Assembly (NCBI GenBank): GCA_019057635.1
Contig: DXJL01000061.1
Coordinates: forward strand, 1-23,687
Direction of reading: 5' to 3'
DNA from: Candidatus Heimdallarchaeota archaeon
GTDB lineage: Archaea > Asgardarchaeota > Heimdallarchaeia > Hodarchaeales > Hodarchaeaceae
Length of the DNA stretch: 23,687 bases
The notes beneath the pieces were generated by a model that saw only the letters and a program-made list of their open reading frames with translations, was not told where the DNA came from and did no database searches. The position numbers and the translations under genes are program-made. Positions 18,073-23,687 of the stretch are shown in pieces (the first letter of the stretch is position 1; every line of letters starts with the position of its first letter).

Positions 18073-20120
18073 TCACGAGGATTCTTTCAAAATTCTTCTA
18101 GCATCATCCAAATAACGATAGACAGCTCTATTTTTGGTTGTGGCACTTAAATGCTGTTCTTGGTTTTCAATTGTGTTTAATGCATTAATTGCCTTTGCCT
18201 TCTGACGAAATAGCCTATGTTTTTCAGATTCTCGTACTATTTCTGTAAAAATTGTGCAAGCATTCTCAAAATCAGATCGGCCCCAGGCCAAATATCCCCG
18301 CTGCAGTTTACATTCTAGTTGTAATGCCGGTAATCTCTTTTCAGAGATTTCCCGATCAATTTTTGCTAATCTTTCTTTGGCTTCTATATAAGCTTTTGAA
18401 TTACCAATCCTAGACATTTCAATTAATAATTCAGTTAATGCTAGCTCATCAGAATAAGTTATGGCCCCAATTTCCTTGTTTATTTCTATAGCAGTTTTCA
18501 ATGCTGTTTGAGCTGCACCGTAATTCATGTCATATTTCTCAATTTTTGCTAGTAATCTATAAAACTTAACTTTGTCCCAATAGGATTTATATAAAGTACG
18601 AACGTTTTCTAATTTATTTCTAGCTTCTTCGGATTTATCTTGAGAGCAAAGGATATTTACTTCTACTTCCAAGATATTAAGCTCATTAAAAGCTTCAACC
18701 TTCTTCTTAACAATGGATCTTACAGTATCAATTGATTTAACCGCATCAGAAAGCTCGTTTTGCAAAAAATGTATTTCCGCATAGCTCAAATGAACAAATG
18801 CTTCTGCAAAACCCTTCTTGCTTTCGTTCTCTTCGGTTATTAGATTGAGGGCTTTATCCAGCATTGTTTTTGCTTTTTTTAATTTTCCTGATAGTTTAAA
18901 AGTTCTCATAAATTCAAAATATAGTTTAAATAACATTTTTGGCTTTTTATTTTTGTAAAAATCTTCTAATTGATTCCAGATTGAGAGTACTTCTTCCCAC
19001 TCTCCCCTTAGATAGTGAAGAATTCCTTCACCCCATATTGCTTCATGATATCCTCCTGTACTTCGTAAATCCTCAGGATGTTTTTTATTAGCTAAAATAA
19101 ATTCTTCTTGAGATTCTTGGAAATATTTTAAAGCCTTATTATAAGATCCTTGGCCAGGATAAGCCATACCTAAGGCTCGTTTAATTTCAGCTGAGGTATT
19201 ATATTCGATTTCATCTTCACAACAATTATTTAACAGGCTTTTGAGTAAATTCACAGCTTCTTTAAATTCCCCTGATTGGGCCAAGAGATTGCTTTTCTTT
19301 AGTTGCGATTTTCGATACGCTTCATTTCTGTACCGAGGAATCCTGTATCGAGAATCAATCACTTTGATTGCTTCATCTATTCTTCCTTTCTCAACTAAAG
19401 CTGCTTCAAGTTCAATTAGGATTGAATTGGTTAAAAGCAGTTTGTTCTTCCTTGGATAATTCCGCACTGTGACCTATTAAGGGTAGTATTTTTTTTATTT
19501 GTATCCGCTAAAATCTCGATAGCTTTATCATACGATTGTTCCTTAATAGCGGTGGCACCTGCATCTTTTAAAGTAAGTATTACTGTTTTTAATTGCTCAC
19601 CTTTCAGTGATTCCTGTAATTGTTCATTTTGAGTAGTTAATTTATCTTTGAAGGAATTTAAGGATGTCGTTTGTCTGGTAAGATCTAATCTTGCTGTTTT
19701 GAGAGCATTGTGGGGAATAAATTCACGGGATGATAGTATATCAACAACAGGAGACAATTCTTGCTTAATACTATTTTCTAACTCTCCTAGCTAACTTTTC
19801 CCCTCAAACACTTTCCCGACTTGCAGGATAAGATCCTGAGCTCCATCAATTTTTGAGACTAGTGTAGAAATTTCTTTCTCAACATTTTTCATTTTAATAT
19901 CAAAAGAAACTGATTTGGAGGAAGAATTTCGATTAATTTCAGTCTTTAACATTTTGATATTATGTTTTATCTCCTCTTTAGCACTGGGATCCCCCTTTAT
20001 TATTCCATCCGTGATTCTGACTAAATTGACTTCAAGAGGTTGTTTTTTTCTTTTTTTTTTCATTTTGTTTATCATTTTCTTCTCTCCCAGAAATCGGATG
20101 ATTATTTTCAGATTTTTCAT
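18073..20120 (-). pseudogene. Large TPR-repeat protein broken into three ORFs (19791-20120, 19431-19757, 18073-19467)
   Basis: First two pieces are in one frame separated by a TAG at 19793-19791 (GKS*LGELENSIKQELSPVVD); frameshift near the 8-nt homopolymer 19489-19496; TPR-like helices such as LGMAYPGQGSYNKALKYFQES. Confidence 0.68.
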
Positions 20121-20381
20121 TAGCGTCAGTCGAGATAAGCACCGCCAAGTTGGCCCAAAATTGATCGTAAATTCGTATCCGTAAAGATTTGTTAGTTCTT
20201 GCCTAGAATTTCGGATAGATTCGGATGATTATTATTCAAATAGAGACAAGTATATTTTTTCATCCAGAGTTATAAATAGACTATTTTTGGGGCAATGCGG
20301 ATTTTATCCTAGTAGAAGGTTTTTCTGCTAGAGATTAGCATTTTTGTCAGATTATAAAACAATAAAAACACTATTGAGATT

Positions 20382-20430
20382 TGAAATAGGAAAAAAAAGA
20401 AAAGAGAGAGTAAAAGAATAAAGGACATTA
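20382..20430 (-). terminator. Pyrimidine/oligo-U tract, probable archaeal terminator of histone A
   Basis: Minus strand CCTTTATTCTTTTACTCTCTCTTTTCTTTTTTTTCC just after the stop codon. Confidence 0.55.
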
Positions 20431-20436
20431 AGCTGC

Positions 20437-20640
20437 TTATTTGGTAGCGGCTAATTTAATGTCTGATTCTTTAACAGTCTTTCGTCCAGAGTGACGGGCT
20501 ATCTCAACTGCGTATTTGGCAATTTCCATACCTTTGTTGGTCACAATTTCGTTTAATCGATCAATTGCACCAGCAGATACACGGTGAGCACCAGCATCTC
20601 TGATAACTTTTTCAATTCTTGCTCTAGCAAATCCTGCCAT
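20437..20640 (-). CDS. Archaeal histone (HMf family), copy A, no tail
   Basis: IRDAGAHRVS...ARHSGRKTVKESDIKLA histone-fold signature, 67 aa. Confidence 0.97.
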   Translation of the reverse strand: MAGFARARIEKVIRDAGAHRVSAGAIDRLNEIVTNKGMEIAKYAVEIARHSGRKTVKESDIKLAATK

Positions 20641-20735
20641 TTTTCTTTACACCTTTTCTCAATGTAATTAGTTGTGAGTTGTTGATTTTTCTCACACTAG
20701 AAGGGTCTAAATTCATCCTATATAAATCTTCCCTC
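20641..20735 (-). promoter_or_regulatory. Histone A promoter/leader: purine-rich BRE-like tract, TATA box, leader hairpin, SD
   Basis: Minus strand GGGAAGA-TTTATATA-GG (TATA 20726-20719), TGTGAG-N12-CTCACA, TTGAGAAAAGGTG before ATG. Confidence 0.7.
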
Positions 20736-21371
20736 TGCTTGGTCGAGGGTTGCCAACCTTTACACCCTATGAATGATCATGAAGTTCATAATAAGATGAT
20801 AGAGGTATAATAGGTTGTGAACTCTGTTGTTGCATAGATACCTAGTGATGTTGATGCACGAATCCACCTAACTAGTGAGTCATGTATGCTAAGAGAATTC
20901 ACAATAAGTGATTGGATAACCCGTTAGACACAGTTTAATCGAAAAAACTCTTCTATACTTCTATTTAAGGAGGCATTCTCTTGTTAGAAGTGAAGTACTT
21001 CTTCCTGTTTGTACCTCAGGAGAGATTAATCACTGATGGGAGGGGGTTTTATCAAGAGGTAAGACACTAGCTCATAACGAAAAAGCCCTTATGATTCAAT
21101 GACTAGTTATGACATTTGTTTCATTCACATCTCTAGTGAAAATTTCTTAATATTCATAGTATATCGAGGATAGAGAAACCAATGTAAGAGGTTATTATGG
21201 ACAAAAAGATAAGGAAGTGTTCTTCTAAAAATGGCAAGTAAGTCATTCAGAATACTATCTCTATAAAAGTGGATTTTCAAGAAAATATACTCTCACAAAA
21301 AAAACCTCTAAAAATTAATAATATGTTATGTATAGGTAAAAAGCGTAATACAATAAAAAGAGAATGGAGGG

Positions 21372-21387
21372 AAGGAGAGTCCTCCTT
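21372..21387 (-). terminator. 3' hairpin plus pyrimidine tract downstream of histone B
   Basis: AAGGAG-GACT-CTCCTT followed by CCCTCCATTCTCTTTTT. Confidence 0.5.
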
Positions 21388-21413
21388 ATTAAATAGTAGT
21401 AAAGAGATATTCT

Positions 21414-21617
21414 TTACTTGGTTGCTGCGAGTTTAATGTCTGATTCCTTGACAGTCTTCCTTCCGGAGTGTTTTGCAATGTCTACAGCATATTTTGCCAT
21501 ATTCATAGCGTAATCAGTTAACACTTCATTAAGACGATCAATTGCGCCAGCAGATACTCTAAAAGCGCCTGCGGTACGAATCAAATTTTCAACTCTTGCA
21601 CGTGCAAATCCTGCCAT
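21414..21617 (-). CDS. Archaeal histone (HMf family), copy B, no tail
   Basis: 67 aa from ATG 21617; 53/67 residues identical to copy A by manual alignment. Confidence 0.97.
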   Translation of the reverse strand: MAGFARARVENLIRTAGAFRVSAGAIDRLNEVLTDYAMNMAKYAVDIAKHSGRKTVKESDIKLAATK

Positions 21618-21710
21618 TTTTATTTCACCTTTTCTCAAATGATATTTTTCGTGGATTTATAGAATAGTTCCACATTGACATACTATTTTTTTCTCCTATT
21701 TAAGCCTTGT
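21618..21710 (-). promoter_or_regulatory. Histone B promoter/leader: TATA box, leader hairpin, SD
   Basis: Minus strand CTTAAATA-GG (21704-21695), GTGGA-N13-TCCAC, TTGAGAAAAGGTG; same spacing as copy A. Confidence 0.68.
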
Positions 21711-21889
21711 TCTTGTTGTAGGGTTTTTTTAAGGTTCTGAAGTTTGTTTATAGCTTTTCAAGAGACATCAGCTATTTCATATACTCGATATGTTAACAAT
21801 CGATTTCTCCCAAAGAATAGTATAACACAAATTATAAGATGACGAATAGTGGACTCTGTAAATATCTTCAAAAACGGAACTGACATAAT

Positions 21890-23242
21890 ATGACTGATTT
21901 ACTGTAATTTACGCTTATTCTTTCCCCTTTTGCTTTAGCAATCTACCTACTTGTTGTAAAAAGGTGGAAAGCGGACACGACGGGAATATTAGTCTGGTTA
22001 TTTATTTCCTCAATTGCTTATATTCTTTCAACAACAATTCCAGATATATTGATAATTTCATTCGCGGGAGTTGTAGACTCATTTAAAATAACTCTAATGG
22101 TTGGAGCGTTAATTTTTATGATTACCTATATGGGAGAAACTGGGGCCCTAAAACGTATAATTATTTTCATAAAGACATTGAAAGGTTCTCATCCTGTTTG
22201 GCAAATTCTGTTCTTAAACTTCGGTTTTGGATGCTTTCTGGTAGCAATTGGGGCCACTCCAGTATCTATATTACCTCCAATCATGATAGCTCTGGGATTT
22301 CCACCAGTTGTTGCTGTAGCTTTACCTGCGATTGGTTATGATCCATTAACAACATATGCATTGCTTGCGATTCCAGCTGTCGTGTTTACAGGAGAAATGA
22401 ATACCTTATCTGAACTTGGTATTCTTCAATCATCTGCTCCAACACTCCAAGAAGTAGGAATGACTTTCAGTTTGTACATGCCTTTAATTTCCACTGGGAT
22501 AGCATTATCTATGCTATTCTTAGCAGGGGGCTGGAAAATGATGAGAGATCCTCAATCAATTATTATTGCTGTATTAACGGGAACCACTGCAGGGGTAACT
22601 GCAGTTATTCCGAATTTTCTTGGGGTTGTTACTTTGACTGGAATTCTCTCAGGAATTGCTGTTATTATTGTACTAGGACTTTTTGCTTTAAGTCAGGGGT
22701 ACCCTATAATTAATCGAACAAGTTTATCGGAAGAAGATCGTCATATAGAGGAACAAATATCATTATGAAAGGCATTTTCTCCATGGATCCTCTTAATTAT
22801 TTTTGCGTGTTTAACAAATCTAATTCCTTCTGTATTTAATCTTCTTTTTAGTACATTGACTTTTCCAGTACAAATAGGTCAATTTACTATCAACACACGT
22901 CTTTTTTGGCAAGCTTACACCTGGGTAATGCTCGCTGTAGCAGTGTCGTTTCTTATCATCCCTACCGACAGACAAATGTTGAAAAAAAAACTATCGGTAT
23001 TTCAAAAACGTGCAGTTCGACCAATGATCTCCTCAGCTTCTTTTTTTGCAGTCGCTTGGATACTCAATAATTCTGCCCCAAATAATCCCTCACTCAATAT
23101 GGTAGCTATACTTTCAGAATTCACCTCAACGAACTTTGGAATTATCTTTCCTCTATTAGTCCCTTTGATAGGATTCTTTGGTGGATTTGTTTCTGGCAGT
23201 GAGACTTCTTCCATTGTAATGTTTACCCGTTACCATGACTAA
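21890..23242 (+). pseudogene. L-lactate permease (LctP family) pseudogene, 3'-truncated by TnpB element
   Basis: One frame from ATG 21890 with in-frame TAA (21905-21907) and TGA (22766-22768, ISL*KAFSPW); multi-TM; LLVVKRWKAD, GFFGGFVSGSETSS; ends abruptly at MFTRYHD*. Confidence 0.78.
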
Positions 23243-23345
23243 TTTTGTCAGACAACTCTAGAAAAAAAGTTCTGGACAGGATGAGTCACACATCCGCTAT
23301 CCGGCAAGTGAGTCACCACTGAAGGTGAACGGACTGTAGGGATTA
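23235..23345 (-). ncRNA. Putative omega/reRNA scaffold overlapping the tnpB 3' end
   Basis: Expected location for TnpB guide scaffolds; hairpins GGATG-N7-CATCC (23279-23295) and TGAC-N7-GTCA (23236-23250). 5' boundary is a guess. Confidence 0.5.
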
Positions 23346-23687
23346 CTTGGCCGCGGTTAATATACCGCTGCAGGATATTACAGGCAGCATTATAATCAGC
23401 ATTCAGGTGATGACCACATTTACGACAACAGAAGCAGCCACGCGATTTTCGGTTACGTTTGTCTACATAGCCACATTGACTACATTGTTGGGAGGTATAC
23501 GCCTCATTTACACGTACTACCGTCATCCCAACAAGTTTGGCTTTATACTCGAGCATTTGAACAAATTTGAAAAAGGGGATTTGGACGAAAGACTGATTGA
23601 TGCGTTTGCCTAAGTTACAGTGGTGTTTCCACCTGGCATTGTAACCGATGACCAATGTCTCGATATTGTGCTGTAAACAGTAAGTAA
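23248..23687 (-). CDS. tnpB: RNA-guided endonuclease TnpB, C-terminal part (5' part outside window)
   Basis: LVIGYN..WK, MLEYKAKLVG, VNEAYTSQQCSQCG, CRKCG, NADYNAACNI; frame stays open to the window edge. Confidence 0.92.
   Translation of the reverse strand, partial: TYCLQHNIETLVIGYNARWKHHCNLGKRINQSFVQIPFFKFVQMLEYKAKLVGMTVVRVNEAYTSQQCSQCGYVDKRNRKSRGCFCCRKCGHHLNADYNAACNILQRYINRGQVIPTVRSPSVVTHLPDSGCVTHPVQNFFSRVV

Larger units (their letters stand above)
23235..23687 (-). mobile_element. Right end of an IS200/IS605- or IS607-like TnpB element (partial; boundary approximate)
   Basis: tnpB 3' half abuts the truncated permease; terminal TGAC-N7-GTCA hairpin ending TCAT on the minus strand; visibly less AT-rich than flanks. 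Confidence 0.75.

Noticed and set aside
19791-19793. Pyrrolysine readthrough of the in-frame TAG
   Set aside because: The same gene is also frameshifted, TAG terminates intact genes here, and no pyl genes are in the window.
20094-20233. 13-bp direct repeat TCGGATGATTATT at 20094 and 20221
   Set aside because: Only two copies 127 bp apart, no array or element between them; chance or a small local duplication.
21618-21638. N-terminal histone tail MRKGEIK from the ORF track
   Set aside because: The TTG lies in the conserved SD block TTGAGAAAAGGTG shared with copy A, where it is out of frame; the true start is ATG 21617.
15543-22768. TGA recoding (Trp or selenocysteine) suggested by in-frame TGAs at 15543 and 22766
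   Set aside because: TGA ends ggt, the S9 peptidase and the phosphatase at their natural C-termini; TAA and TAG interruptions also occur; neither TGA sits at an evident catalytic Cys position.
348-23613. Short antisense or alternate-frame ORFs (e.g. 348-536, 663-845, 1931-2131, 6036-6260, 9134-9445, 10958-11197, 19915-20184, 23347-23613)
   Set aside because: They overlap well-supported genes and carry no motifs; treated as shadow ORFs.
1-23687. CRISPR arrays, tRNA or rRNA genes
   Set aside because: No regularly spaced repeats or GC-rich structured RNA blocks recognised by eye.

Overview
AT-rich, gene-dense archaeal chromosomal segment. Two untailed HMf-type histones, two unprenylated Rab-like small GTPases, an archaeal-type nicotinate phosphoribosyltransferase, TATA-box promoters and frequent TTG/GTG starts point to an Asgard archaeon (possibly Heimdallarchaeia/Hodarchaeales; this is inference). 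The left ~15 kb is mostly intact: Rab-like GTPases, a Zn-ribbon plus M20 peptidase pair, a pncB-pncA-dual-specificity phosphatase operon, a DmrX/AfpA-like flavoprotein, a bactofilin-like protein divergent from an ArsR regulator, a highly divergent RtcB-like protein, gamma-glutamyltransferase and an S9 peptidase. The right ~8 kb holds gpmA, a wHTH protein and two tandem histones among three disrupted genes: hemerythrin/PAS, a TPR protein, and a lactate permease cut by a TnpB element. Most notable are the divergent RtcB-like enzyme, a positionally conserved covarying 5' leader hairpin on both histone genes, a TnpB with a Fanzor-type rearranged RuvC site, a Rab-like GTPase with a Sar1-type DLGGH motif, and the SHOCT-bactofilin/ArsR-SHOCT pair. 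All family calls come from motif recognition by eye; no searches were run.
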